Assembly: GCA_963713825.1 (NCBI GenBank)
Contig: CAVQNG010000003.1
Coordinates: forward strand, 960,001 to 1,024,000
Origin: an uncultured Acidobacteriota bacterium
GTDB taxonomy: Bacteria > Acidobacteriota > Thermoanaerobaculia > Multivoradales > JAHEKO01
Reading direction: 5' to 3'
DNA length: 64,000 nucleotides
The notes under the pieces were generated by a model that was given only the letters and a program-made list of their open reading frames with translations, was not told the DNA's origin and searched no databases. Position numbers and translations under genes: made by a program. Shown in pieces: positions 1 to 10,096 of the stretch (its first letter is position 1; each line of letters starts with the position of its first letter).

Positions 1-1
1 C

Positions 2-118
2 CAGGGAAGGAACTACGGCCAACAGCGCTACCAGAGCTACCAACGCTCGACACCGCGAGCCGGGGGAGGAGGATATCGAGGTGGTGGCGGCCGCGTAGGC
101 GCTGAGATTGGCGCGAAG
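2..118 (+). repeat. Direct repeat, copy 1 (copy 2 at 1985..2102), matching the 3' end of the same gene
   Basis: Near-identical ~117 bp with a few substitutions (mostly at codon position 3) and a 1-bp indel. Confidence 0.95.
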
Positions 119-2089
119 ATCGCGAATGAGGTCGCAGTCAACAACGACCCGCCCACCATCGTCTTTGCCGAGCGGCCGACGCTCCTGGTCTACGTCGACG
201 GCTCACCGGCCTGGCGACAGGTCGAAGGCACCAGCTATGAGCGCCTGCTCAACACCCGGCCGCTGTTGTTGCGGGACAGCTCGGCCACCCTTTACCTCCA
301 CCTCTTCGACGGCTGGCTCGAAGCTCAAACGCTCGAGGGTCCCTGGCAGGTAGGCGGGGCCGCCCCATCTGGGCTCGAAGAGGCGGCAGCGAAGGCGCAA
401 CAGGAACAGCCCGCCGATCTTCTCGATGGTGGCGTCGCCGACCAGCAGGAAGTGGACGAAGAGGGCGAGCCGATCGAGAAGCCGACCCTCGCCAAGGGCC
501 CGGTGCCCGACATTGTCGTGGCCAGCGAGCCGACCGAACTGCTGGTCACCGATGGCGCTCCAACCTGGACCGCAATTCCGGAGACCGGGCTCGAGTTCGC
601 CGACAATACGAGCGGCAATCTTCTCCGCCTGGCCTCGGGAAGCTCTTACTTCGTGCTGCTGTCGGGGCGCTGGTTCGAAGGGCCGTCCCTGGATGGACCA
701 TGGAGCTTCGTGCCCCAGGATCAGTTGGCGGAGGACTTCCGCCAGATTCCGGACGACAGCCCGAAGGAGAACGTCAAGGCTTCGATCGCCGGTACCCCAC
801 AGGCGCAAGAGGCGGTGATCGCCAATTCGGTGCCGCAAACCTCGGAGATCGATCGCAAAGGGGCCGAGTTCAAACCCATGATCGACGGCGAGCCCAAGTG
901 GAAGGCGATCGAGAGCACCTCGCTGGCCTACGTCGAGAACTCGCCCACGCCAATCCTCCGAGTCGCCCCGGATCAGTACTACGCTGTGAATAATGGCGTC
1001 TGGTTCGTCGCACCAGCGGTGACCGGTCCCTGGATCGCAGCGGTCGAGGTTCCAGATGTCATCTACACCATCCCGGCGAGCAGCCCGCTTCACTACGTCA
1101 CCTATGTGCGGGTCTACGATTCGGACGAAGACACGGTGGTTGTGGGCTACACGCCGGGGTACTACGGAACGGCGGTGAGCGGCGATGTGGTCGTCTACGG
1201 TACCGGCTACTCCTACGACCCGTGGATAGGCAGCTATTGGTACGGCTACCCCTCGACCTGGGGATACGCCAGCAGCATCACCTACACCCCCTGGGGTGGC
1301 TGGGCTTTCTCCTTCGGCATCGGCTGGGCATGGGGCTACTGGGGTAGCTGGTACGCTCCCTACTACCCGCCCTACTGGGGAGCCTACTGGGGTTACTACC
1401 CCTGGTATGGCGGTGCTGCGATTGGCCCGGGCGGCGGCTGGGCGGCCTGGGGACCGGGAGGATGGGCGGGCACCACCGGCAACATCTACAACAAATGGGG
1501 TCCGGTCAGCACAGTCTCGCGCTATTCCGGTGGCTACAACGCCTGGACCGGGAACGCCTGGCGCGGCCAGGTGGGCGGCGCCTACAACTCACGCACGGGC
1601 ACTATCGCCGCCGGTCAGCGCGGCGCCGTCGGCAACGTCTATTCGGGCCAATACGCCTATGGCGGACGCGGCGCGGCGTACAACCCCAACTCCGGCACGG
1701 GAGCGGCCGGGGGTCGGGTGACCGTCGGTGATGCCGACAGCGGTCGGCAGGCCACAGCTGGCCGTGTGGGCACTGCCAACCCCGGCTCCGGGCAGTCGGG
1801 TTCCGCCGGCTGGGTGCGTGGCGAGGAAGGTGGAGTCGCGCGCAAGGGTGACGACTACTACGCCGGCAAGGACGGCGAAGTCTACAAACGCAACGGTCAA
1901 GGTGATTGGAGCCAGGTTGAACGCTCTGGGCAAGGCGCGCGCGTCCAGGATCAGGCGCGATCCAGGGACCTCGACCGTCAGTATCAGGGCAGGAACTACG
2001 GTCAGCAGCGCTACCAGGGCTACCAACGCTCGACACCGCGAGCCGGGGGAGGAGGATATCGAGGTGGTGGTGGCCGCCGTAGGCGCTGA
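2..2089 (+). CDS. Large Gly/Tyr/Trp-rich protein (family often annotated 'carbohydrate-binding family V/XII'), 5' partial
   Basis: The frame of ORF 266..2089 is open back to position 2 (…IANEVAVNNDPPTIVFAERPTLLVYVDG…). It has a YTPGY/WYGYP aromatic-rich middle and an RGG-rich tail. The family name is recalled by resemblance. Confidence 0.75.
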   Translation, partial: QGRNYGQQRYQSYQRSTPRAGGGGYRGGGGRVGAEIGAKIANEVAVNNDPPTIVFAERPTLLVYVDGSPAWRQVEGTSYERLLNTRPLLLRDSSATLYLHLFDGWLEAQTLEGPWQVGGAAPSGLEEAAAKAQQEQPADLLDGGVADQQEVDEEGEPIEKPTLAKGPVPDIVVASEPTELLVTDGAPTWTAIPETGLEFADNTSGNLLRLASGSSYFVLLSGRWFEGPSLDGPWSFVPQDQLAEDFRQIPDDSPKENVKASIAGTPQAQEAVIANSVPQTSEIDRKGAEFKPMIDGEPKWKAIESTSLAYVENSPTPILRVAPDQYYAVNNGVWFVAPAVTGPWIAAVEVPDVIYTIPASSPLHYVTYVRVYDSDEDTVVVGYTPGYYGTAVSGDVVVYGTGYSYDPWIGSYWYGYPSTWGYASSITYTPWGGWAFSFGIGWAWGYWGSWYAPYYPPYWGAYWGYYPWYGGAAIGPGGGWAAWGPGGWAGTTGNIYNKWGPVSTVSRYSGGYNAWTGNAWRGQVGGAYNSRTGTIAAGQRGAVGNVYSGQYAYGGRGAAYNPNSGTGAAGGRVTVGDADSGRQATAGRVGTANPGSGQSGSAGWVRGEEGGVARKGDDYYAGKDGEVYKRNGQGDWSQVERSGQGARVQDQARSRDLDRQYQGRNYGQQRYQGYQRSTPRAGGGGYRGGGGRRRR

Positions 2090-2102
2090 GATTGGCGCGA
2101 AG
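1985..2102 (+). repeat. Direct repeat, copy 2 of 2..118
   Basis: cagggcaggaactacggtcagcagcgctacc…gctgagattggcgcgaag. Confidence 0.95.
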
Positions 2103-2183
2103 TGAGTCCGGACCGGGGAAAGGCGCCAGTGATGCTCCGCAGCCTCATGATCCGCCTACCTGGAAACCTCTGGGGAGAACCTC

Positions 2184-2825
2184 ATGCACGAGTTGATTCT
2201 GTTTAGCGGTACCGTCTTCATGGGGTTCTTTGCCATTATGAACCCTCTTGCCAATACCCCCGTGTTTCTTGGTCTGACCGCCGAAGATGACTCCGCGATG
2301 CGACGTGCGGTCGCCCTCAAGGGCCTGGCCCTGGCGTTTCTGATTGTCGCCACCTTCACCGTGGCCGGGAAGTACATTTTCGAGCTCTTTGGGATCACCT
2401 TGCCGGCGTTTCGGATCGCAGGCGGGATTCTCGTGTTCCAGATTGGCCTCCATATGTTGCAGGGGGAGCAATCCAAGGTTCACCAGCCCGTCGAGGAAGG
2501 GGCGGCGGAGAACAGCAGCGCGGCCCAACTCAACGTGGCGGTTTCACCTCTGGCCATGCCGATTCTCGCCGGGCCGGGGACCATCGCCACCGCGATGAAC
2601 TTCGTGGCGGTCGGCGACTTCACCCACCTCGCAATCACGATCGGAGTCTTTGCCTTGATGTGCGCCATCACCTATTTGTTCTTCATCTCGGGAGAGAAGC
2701 TCGTGAGCTACATCGGTGAGAATGGTGTCAGCGTGGTGACCCGAATGATGGGTTTGATCCTGGCGGTGATCGGCATCCAGATGCTCATCGAGGGTATCTA
2801 TGGCGCTGTGCGGGCGTACTCGTAG
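2184..2825 (+). CDS. MarC family membrane protein
   Basis: FFAIMNPLANTPVF, SPLAMPILAGPGTIAT and TRMMGLILAVIG motifs; about 6 TM segments. Confidence 0.93.
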   Translation: MHELILFSGTVFMGFFAIMNPLANTPVFLGLTAEDDSAMRRAVALKGLALAFLIVATFTVAGKYIFELFGITLPAFRIAGGILVFQIGLHMLQGEQSKVHQPVEEGAAENSSAAQLNVAVSPLAMPILAGPGTIATAMNFVAVGDFTHLAITIGVFALMCAITYLFFISGEKLVSYIGENGVSVVTRMMGLILAVIGIQMLIEGIYGAVRAYS

Positions 2826-2902
2826 GCAAGGCAAGAGCTACTGTCCTACCTTGCCCTCAGCTCCTGAAGCTTCTGCGCGTTGGCGAGGCCGGTGAGAGCT
2901 CT

Positions 2903-4342
2903 CTACTGGATCGGTGCAGTCAACCGCGCCAAGCGGGTACCGAGCTTGAACCAGAAGGACTTTTCGTCGAGGTCGCCAGGTTGCATCTCTACCGAGCTCT
3001 CCATATCAGCCATGAGCATTTGCTCGATTTCGGCAGTAAACACCGGATCGGCCACCGCCGCCATGATCTCGAAATTGAGCCGAAAGGACCGATTGTCGAA
3101 GTTGGCTGTGCCGATGGCACCAAACCTGTCGTCGACCAGGACCACCTTCTGGTGCAGAAAACCATCCATGTACCGAAAGAACCGGATGCCGGTCTCAGAG
3201 GCTTCTTCGAAGTAGGAGTACGCGGCCAACCATACGAGCGTGTGATCCGCCTTGTCGGGGATGATGATACGAACATCCACGCCCCGCAAGGCGGCCAAAT
3301 GGAGTGCGTTCATCAGCGATTCGTCGGGCACGAAGTAAGGGCTCGCGATCCACAGCCTCTCGCGAGACCCATTGATGGCGTTGACAAACATCAGAGTTGC
3401 TGTCTCCAGCCGATCGGCCGGACCGGTCGGGAAGATCAACACGTCGAAGCCTCCTCCCTCCGGAACGTACGGTGACCAGGCCAACTCCAGCACCTCCGTG
3501 CTGGCCCAGTACCAGTCCTCGAGAAAGCTCAACTGGACCGGCAAGGCTGCAGGGCCAGTGATCTTGACGTGGGTGTCCCGCCAATGGCCGAACTCGGGGT
3601 CCCGGCCCATGTACTCATCGCCCACATTGTGACCGCCCACCCAGGCGGTGTGGCCATCCACCACCACGATTTTTCGATGGTTGCGGAAGTTGATCTGGAA
3701 TCGATTTCCTGGCCCCTTGCGGGTGTGGAAATCGAGGACCTCGGCTCCGGCCTCACGCAGCTCCTGGATATAGCTCTTGGACAGCGAGTGACTCCCTACC
3801 TCGTCGTACAGGAAATAGACGCGGACGCCTTCGCGGGCCTTGGCCAGGAGTTGTGACTTGAGGTCACGTCCGATTTCGTCGTCCTTGACGATAAAGAACT
3901 GCACCAGGATGTAGTCCTCGGCGGCCTCGATGCCCCGGAAGATGCTCTCGAAGGTTTCGTGGCCGTCCACCAGCAGATCGACTTGGTTGTTCTGCAGGAC
4001 CGGAATCTTGGCCAACATTACGCTGGCGCGTGCCAGTGGATCTTCGGCCCCGCGATCGGAGCGCTGATCCATCGTCAGTCTGCTCGCATCCAGGGCAACC
4101 TGCCGGATCTCGTGATCGCCCTCCCTTCTGGAGTCGACGTAGCCCTGGAATCGGCTCCGCCCGAGCACCCAGTAGGCCGGTACGGCCACATAGGGGACGG
4201 TGTTGAGCGATACCGCCCACGCAATCGCCCCCTGCGACGTGCGGCATTTCATCACGGCATCAATCGACGACAGAAAGCCGACCACGTGAAAGACGACAAT
4301 CACGGTGACCACTAGCCACCTCCTCTTGGTGCGGGATCTCAT
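2903..4342 (-). CDS. cls: Cardiolipin synthase
   Basis: Two HKD motifs (NHRKIVVVD, LHQKVVLVD) and two N-terminal TM helices. Confidence 0.93.
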   Translation of the reverse strand: MRSRTKRRWLVVTVIVVFHVVGFLSSIDAVMKCRTSQGAIAWAVSLNTVPYVAVPAYWVLGRSRFQGYVDSRREGDHEIRQVALDASRLTMDQRSDRGAEDPLARASVMLAKIPVLQNNQVDLLVDGHETFESIFRGIEAAEDYILVQFFIVKDDEIGRDLKSQLLAKAREGVRVYFLYDEVGSHSLSKSYIQELREAGAEVLDFHTRKGPGNRFQINFRNHRKIVVVDGHTAWVGGHNVGDEYMGRDPEFGHWRDTHVKITGPAALPVQLSFLEDWYWASTEVLELAWSPYVPEGGGFDVLIFPTGPADRLETATLMFVNAINGSRERLWIASPYFVPDESLMNALHLAALRGVDVRIIIPDKADHTLVWLAAYSYFEEASETGIRFFRYMDGFLHQKVVLVDDRFGAIGTANFDNRSFRLNFEIMAAVADPVFTAEIEQMLMADMESSVEMQPGDLDEKSFWFKLGTRLARLTAPIQ

Positions 4343-4510
4343 GAATGTCTCCTACGACTCTGTGTTCTTCATCTCGGGGTAGCCTAGGCTGATATTCTGC
4401 ACATTTGTCAGTCTTCGGCACAAACAGCCGAGCTGCTGGGAGGGCCGCGATGAGTTTCTCTCTGATTGGCCAACGCCTGGCGGGGCCCGAAGGCGGCACA
4501 GGAGGACCCT

Positions 4511-6094
4511 GTGACTGAATCCAACGCACGTCGGTGGCTGAGCCCTTCCTTTGCCAGGGGCTGTGTGTTCGCCTTCGCCGGTCTCCTGGTCTTGATGGTG
4601 CCCAGAGCGTCCGTAGAGCTCCTTCGATTCGTTCTGGCGATTGCACTCCTCGCGTCCGGCGGGATCCATCTCTGGGGCCACCTTCAACACCGCGAGAGCT
4701 GGCACGGGATTCTGCGAGCGATTCTGGCTCTCGCCGCCGGGTTGGGGGTGCTGCTTGCTCCAGGCGAGACTCTCAGAACCACTGAGCTCGTCGCGTCTCT
4801 CTATCTTGCGGTCACAGGTCTGCTGGCCCTGCATCAGGGCCTGGGACAGGGGCGGAAGTCGTCGCGATTTTGGGTCGATCTCGGTCGAGGCGCCGTGCAC
4901 CTTGGCCTTGCGATGCTCCTCGTGGTTCTGCCTCGTACGATGTTCGGCATCGCCGTCGCCTCACTGGCAATAGGTGCGGTCCTCATCGGCTTGGTGATGG
5001 TCTCCTGGTCGCTCCGTCATGGCCCCCGAATGACGGAAATCTCCGACCGCGGGCAGGCGTCCGAGATCTTCTGGCAGTGGTTGAGCGATCGCGACATCGG
5101 TTCTGAGCGACGCGATGTCCTTGCCGACGGCCTCTACTTCGAAGACCCTAACCGCCATGGGAAGATCGTCTCCTATGCCGTGATGCTGTTGCTCTCCACG
5201 GCCCTGGCGAGCCTTGCGATTCTCCAGGACTCGACTGCCGTCGTCATCGGGGCGATGCTCGTTGCACCTCTGATGACGCCGATCATGGGGTGCGCTGCAG
5301 GACTGATAGCGGGTTGGCGACGACGAGTGCTGGTATCGCTGGGTGTGATAGTCGTATCGGTAGTTGGCGCGATCGGTCTGGCGTGGATTCTGGCCGCCTG
5401 GATCCCCGCCCTGGTTCCTCTAGGGGTGAACTCGCAGGTCCTGTCGAGATCCTCTCCGACCCTGCTCGACATGGCGATTGCGCTCGCCGCAGGAGCTGCT
5501 GGAGCCTACGCCACCATCGACGATCGAGTCTCCTCTTCCCTGACCGGGGTGGCGATCGCGGTGGCGTTGGTGCCACCTCTCGGAGTGGTCGGGATCACCC
5601 TGGAAGCCGGACTGTGGGTCGAGGCCCTCGGAGCCTTTCTGCTCTTTGCGACCAATCTGGTATCGATCATCCTGGCCTCTTCCGTGGTCTTCTTGCTGAC
5701 AGGGACCTCTCCCCTGCGAAAAGGGCAGGAGGGCCGCGTGTCCAACGCAGATGTGTTCACCATGGTGGCCATCGTCGCGCTTCTCATCATGGTGCCGCTT
5801 GGACTGACAGGCAAGGATGTACTGACGTCCATGGAAAGGACGCAGAGTGCCCAGAGCCGCGTCGTCGACTGGCTGGGGCCCGACTCGACTATGCAGGTCC
5901 TGAAAGTAAAGGCGCGGGCAGACACGGTCGAGATTGTCGTGAGCGGGAGTGGCGATCTGCCCGAGGTAGCCGACCTGGAGGAGGCCCTATCGAGAGCTTT
6001 CGGCTCGCCGGTCAAAGTGCGCGTAGAGCACTTTCCGTCCTACGTCATCACTTCCTCGAATCAAGGGACAGCTGCCGAAAACGTAGACGAGTGA
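4511..6094 (+). CDS. DUF389 (TIGR00341-like) membrane protein with N-terminal HdeD/DUF308-like TM region
   Basis: DSTAVVIGAMLVAPLMTPI and GVAIAVALVPPL motifs; GGAGG RBS before the GTG at 4511. Confidence 0.88.
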   Translation: MTESNARRWLSPSFARGCVFAFAGLLVLMVPRASVELLRFVLAIALLASGGIHLWGHLQHRESWHGILRAILALAAGLGVLLAPGETLRTTELVASLYLAVTGLLALHQGLGQGRKSSRFWVDLGRGAVHLGLAMLLVVLPRTMFGIAVASLAIGAVLIGLVMVSWSLRHGPRMTEISDRGQASEIFWQWLSDRDIGSERRDVLADGLYFEDPNRHGKIVSYAVMLLLSTALASLAILQDSTAVVIGAMLVAPLMTPIMGCAAGLIAGWRRRVLVSLGVIVVSVVGAIGLAWILAAWIPALVPLGVNSQVLSRSSPTLLDMAIALAAGAAGAYATIDDRVSSSLTGVAIAVALVPPLGVVGITLEAGLWVEALGAFLLFATNLVSIILASSVVFLLTGTSPLRKGQEGRVSNADVFTMVAIVALLIMVPLGLTGKDVLTSMERTQSAQSRVVDWLGPDSTMQVLKVKARADTVEIVVSGSGDLPEVADLEEALSRAFGSPVKVRVEHFPSYVITSSNQGTAAENVDE

Positions 6095-6114
6095 GTCGTC
6101 GGGTGCCGCGGTGC

Positions 6115-6525
6115 TTACTTGCTGAAGCTGTCAACGGCTGTCGCCGCGAAGCTGGCTGGAAAGGCTACCAGGATGATCCGCTTCAGGCTTACCGCCGGAC
6201 TCCCCATGAAGTCGAGACGATCCACACCGAACAAGAGCAGGGCGGCGATCACCAGGGTCAAGCCGTAGGTGCTAAGGACTCGCACCAGAAAGACCCTGTG
6301 GTCGGTGGCTTGCTCGCGGCGATGTTGCAGCACGAAAATCACCAGGCCCAGAACAACTAGTGACGTGAAGGCGAAGAACATCACGCGCGAGAGGGGGAGT
6401 TCTTCACCGAGATTCCAGACTTCCTCTGTGACCGCAACGGGGAAGGCCATTATGCACGCGCCGACCGCGATCTCGGCTATATCCCTGAGTGCGAACCTGG
6501 CCTGCGATCTCTTTGCTTCGTTCAT
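6115..6525 (-). CDS. DUF2391 family membrane protein
   Basis: PVAVTEEVWNLG and VAFPASFAATAVD; paralog at 54721..55224. Confidence 0.8.
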   Translation of the reverse strand: MNEAKRSQARFALRDIAEIAVGACIMAFPVAVTEEVWNLGEELPLSRVMFFAFTSLVVLGLVIFVLQHRREQATDHRVFLVRVLSTYGLTLVIAALLLFGVDRLDFMGSPAVSLKRIILVAFPASFAATAVDSFSK

Positions 6526-6707
6526 GTGCCCTCCGGTGTCTGCGGACGAATCTGCCCGACTCCGATGCAGCCTCAATGGTAACCTCAGTCTGGAACAGCA
6601 CCGAGCTGGGCCAGTTCGCGATCAACCATGGAGTCGTCCAGATCTGACTCCTACCCCTCGAGCAGCCTCTGTTTTCCGAAGCAACCCGGCTGCCGTTCGG
6701 CTTGAAC

Positions 6708-6830
6708 CTACTCCTTCGGCAGGTCGGTGATCGTCTGGAGGATCTCTCCTTCGGGGGAGAGGGCAACGATGGCCTGACCTTCGCGATCCGCGATCCAGAC
6801 CGTGCCGTCGGGAGGGAACAGCGTCTCATC
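6708..6830 (-). pseudogene. Remnant C-terminus of a beta-propeller (NHL-like) protein
   Basis: Manual translation DETLFPPDGTVWIADREGQAIVALSPEGEILQTITDLPKE* resembles the end of 52579..54705; no start or N-terminal part is present. Confidence 0.6.
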
Positions 6831-6929
6831 CCCGCTGCCTCTTGACCTCGAGAGCCCTCCACACCAGGGGGCTCTCTCTTTCTGAGCAGATAAAGATACA
6901 AGGGGAGGGGCTCGCCCCCTCCCACGGGG

Positions 6930-7532
6930 CTATCTCAGCCGGACGTTGTTGAGGCGAATCGGCTGCGATGCGAAGTGCTCGATCTCGACGAGGTTCTTCT
7001 CCTCGTTCCACCCGAACTCGGCGCCCAGCATGATCTGCCCGTCGCCCCGGCCATCCTCGTCGACATTGAGGATGATCAGCGACACGTTGTAGTCGAGGGT
7101 ACGTGAGGCGCGCCAGGCCTCTTCGAAGCCGATCCTTCGGTCCGTCGCCAGGATGATCTGTCGGCCCCCTTCAATGGGATTCGACCTGGCATACCGGAGG
7201 TCATAGGCGAGACTCTGGAGTTCTCGGAAGGTGCCTACCGATTCCTTGCTGAACAGGGTATTCGCGAGATCACGTCCACCCCGCGTTTGTTCCACGAGAG
7301 CCTCCATCAGTGTCGCGCGCTCCTCGTCCGAGCTCCAGCGGTTGACTCGGATCTGTACCCGGATCTGGCCCCGGGGACCCATATTGCTCATGTTCACCGC
7401 TACGGCGTCGAAGTTGAGGGGCAGCTCTTCCTCAGCCGGCAGGGGTGCCGCCACAAAGCCGAGAACAAGAGCCAGGCCGAGCGCCGACACGGTAGCAACC
7501 GAGCGAAGTCGGGAGAGTTGCATATTGAACAT
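6930..7532 (-). CDS. Exported hypothetical protein
   Basis: Signal peptide followed by a plausible globular domain; GGAGG RBS upstream. Confidence 0.8.
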   Translation of the reverse strand: MFNMQLSRLRSVATVSALGLALVLGFVAAPLPAEEELPLNFDAVAVNMSNMGPRGQIRVQIRVNRWSSDEERATLMEALVEQTRGGRDLANTLFSKESVGTFRELQSLAYDLRYARSNPIEGGRQIILATDRRIGFEEAWRASRTLDYNVSLIILNVDEDGRGDGQIMLGAEFGWNEEKNLVEIEHFASQPIRLNNVRLR

Positions 7533-7559
7533 GAGGGCCTCCTTTACGTCCGAGTCATG

Positions 7560-9029
7560 CTACTGGTCAGATGTTAACGGCCCGCTGACCCATTCGAGCA
7601 CACGGGCTTCTTGATAGTCGTAGAAGGGGTTGTGGCGTAGGCGCATCAGCCAGTCGGCGGGAAATCTCAAGAGATTGCGCTCGCCGCGGACGTCCAGGTG
7701 GCCGAGGAAGATCACCTCGTCGCTGGGTGCCGGGCCGCGACCATACAAAGGGTCGTCTGGAGGGAATGGAAGCGCGACATGCGACAGCGAGATCATGCCC
7801 GCAGGCCAAGAGGTACCCAGTGGCGCGGTAGAGATCTCAGAAGACATCGGCGCCTTGCTGCGAGTGACGACCCCGAAGCTCTCCTCGTCCTCGTTGGTAA
7901 TCAGCGTCAGAGCAAAGGGCAGGCCGCCATCGGCCATGAGACGTGCGGTCAGTGGCCCCGGATCCGATACCAGAACCGACTTGGCGATGCGACGGCGGTT
8001 GATGTCGTAGAGGACGAGCTCATGTCGGCCGGGAGCCAGGTGCTGCAGGAGGTTGTCAATGACGGCGTCGACCGAAACGGTCGCGTCGACTGCCGACAAG
8101 AACGACAGGGTGGGGGGAAAATCCTCGATCAGGCCGTCCGCGGCACGCTCCTCCATGGCTCTCGCCACTCGGCGGGTCAGGCGGAAGACCATGTCCCCGG
8201 CATTGGTGGTGAAGGAGTTGTACTTGAAAGGGTCGTACTCCGGTTGAATGCCGGTCCAGGCCAGCTTCTCGAGTCCGGGCAGGACAGCCATCCTGCCTTG
8301 CCACTTGGCCAGCGCTGCTGCCCGACTCACACCAATTGCGGGTGAGAGCAAGACCAGGCTACTCGGTGTCGGTGTGGCTGTTCCGTCCAGAGCTTCGAGA
8401 GTGAAGTTCAGTGCCAGTGGAGCCCCGTTCGAGTAGCCGATGATGTGAACCCTGTCCGGTCCGACTTTCGTTTCCAGATGACTCATTCCGAGCCGAACCG
8501 CGGCGGCCATGTCTTCCCACTTGGCGGTCTTGAATCCGGAAGGTGCCGTGCCGTGACCGGGAAGCCGGAGCCCTACCACCCAGAAGCCGTGTTGGTTGAG
8601 CACCTCACCAAGAGCACGGAGACTGTAGGGCGAGTCCGACATACCGTGCAGGAGAAGCACTCCACCAGCAGGCTCGGCGGCAGGCAGCTCGAAGCTGCGG
8701 TTCCAGTTGCGGTCCCAGCGTTGTGGGTCCGAACGACTGCCTGCACTGTAGCGAACGAGCTCGTTGTCCGAGCCGGTCTCGACGTGAGCGTAGACCTTCT
8801 CTTCCAGCTGGGCGAACAGCTTCTCCTCCAGCTTCAGGTAGTCGTCGAAGCTCGAGATCTCGTCCGAGCGACCTGCTGTGAACTCGGCGGTCAGCTTCTC
8901 GGTGTGCCAGGGTTCGAGGCGGGGGCCACTGCGTATCGAGTGGATGTAGAGTGCCACCACTCCCAGGACGAAGCCGGAGATTGCCACCAGAAGGTAGAGT
9001 CCCGCGCGCTTGGCTTTGGATGGGATCAC
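7560..9029 (-). CDS. Membrane-anchored alpha/beta hydrolase (lysophospholipase/carboxylesterase-like)
   Basis: LLHGMSDSP, GYSNG nucleophile elbow, SHVALP; GTGA overlap with the upstream gene. Confidence 0.88.
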   Translation of the reverse strand: MIPSKAKRAGLYLLVAISGFVLGVVALYIHSIRSGPRLEPWHTEKLTAEFTAGRSDEISSFDDYLKLEEKLFAQLEEKVYAHVETGSDNELVRYSAGSRSDPQRWDRNWNRSFELPAAEPAGGVLLLHGMSDSPYSLRALGEVLNQHGFWVVGLRLPGHGTAPSGFKTAKWEDMAAAVRLGMSHLETKVGPDRVHIIGYSNGAPLALNFTLEALDGTATPTPSSLVLLSPAIGVSRAAALAKWQGRMAVLPGLEKLAWTGIQPEYDPFKYNSFTTNAGDMVFRLTRRVARAMEERAADGLIEDFPPTLSFLSAVDATVSVDAVIDNLLQHLAPGRHELVLYDINRRRIAKSVLVSDPGPLTARLMADGGLPFALTLITNEDEESFGVVTRSKAPMSSEISTAPLGTSWPAGMISLSHVALPFPPDDPLYGRGPAPSDEVIFLGHLDVRGERNLLRFPADWLMRLRHNPFYDYQEARVLEWVSGPLTSDQ

Positions 9030-10096
9030 TGCCTGTCCTCCTCGCTGATTTCCCAATAGGTGAGATCGTTCAACGTTTCCGATCGCAGACCAGGTCTTTC
9101 TGCCGCACTCTGGCCCGTGCTCAGGAGCAGCTCGAGGTCGGCGGCTACCGTGGGGTGAAAGAAGAAGTACTCATGCCCCAGGATCTGGTAGCGGCCGGCC
9201 GGCGTTACATCGATCGTCTCCATTCCGGGAGCGACCGTCAGAAGCTTCCCCGCCTGGCCCAGGCGGGGAGACCCGTTCAGCCGTCGAGAGACCTTGAGGG
9301 GTGTGTCATTGCTGGAGGCGTAGAGGGTGATGCTCTCGGCCATCGGTTCGAGTCGGGGTAGAAGCTCGATAAAGGTCTGGGAGTCGATATCGGGTGCGAG
9401 AAGCACCCACCGGTTGACGACAGGCTGCGCGGCGGAGCTCGCCGCCAACTCCTCCAAGGTCAACATCATCCCGCGAGCCCCCAAGCTGTGGGACAGGACG
9501 TGGACATTCTCGGAGCCGAATCGATCGGAGAGCTGCGCGAGCATCTCTGCGAGAAACGGCACGCTCGACTCGAGGTCCGCCACGTCGGATGCATACTCGG
9601 TGGCGTTCCCGTTCGATGGCCAGCTGAGCAGGAGAACCGTGGCCTCGCCTTCGAGAGCCCTCTGGATCTCCACCGCCCGCCGACAGCCCCGCTTGAAGTC
9701 GTAGCTGTAGCCGTGCACGAAGATCACGATGCCACCCGTGGAGGTGCCGTCGACCGCGGCTGAGAGTCGCTCCCAGTGGACCTCTGGATCCTCGTGGGCC
9801 TCGATCTGCATCTTGCTGGTTTCGCTCGGGACGTAGAACGGGACCTTGGGCGCAACGTCGTCCAGGATGGGAATGGGCTTAAACTCGGCCTCACAGGTAC
9901 CGAAACTGGGGTTGCCCGGCTCTCCTCCGAAACGCACGAGATCGGGGTCTTCGGTCTCCTTCTGCGCCCGGTTCGTGGCAAAGAAGATGCTGGCAGTGGC
10001 GGCCTCCGGGACTTCCGGTTCCTGAGCCCGGGCTGTATGAGGCAACAGAAGCCAAACCAGGGCGAGAATCTGGGCCGCGAGTCGGTAGAGATTCAT
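9026..10096 (-). CDS. Exported alpha/beta hydrolase (DUF900 family)
   Basis: Signal peptide, FFATNR, FVHGY, SHSLG, LAPDID, GHEYF. Confidence 0.88.
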   Translation of the reverse strand: MNLYRLAAQILALVWLLLPHTARAQEPEVPEAATASIFFATNRAQKETEDPDLVRFGGEPGNPSFGTCEAEFKPIPILDDVAPKVPFYVPSETSKMQIEAHEDPEVHWERLSAAVDGTSTGGIVIFVHGYSYDFKRGCRRAVEIQRALEGEATVLLLSWPSNGNATEYASDVADLESSVPFLAEMLAQLSDRFGSENVHVLSHSLGARGMMLTLEELAASSAAQPVVNRWVLLAPDIDSQTFIELLPRLEPMAESITLYASSNDTPLKVSRRLNGSPRLGQAGKLLTVAPGMETIDVTPAGRYQILGHEYFFFHPTVAADLELLLSTGQSAAERPGLRSETLNDLTYWEISEEDRQ

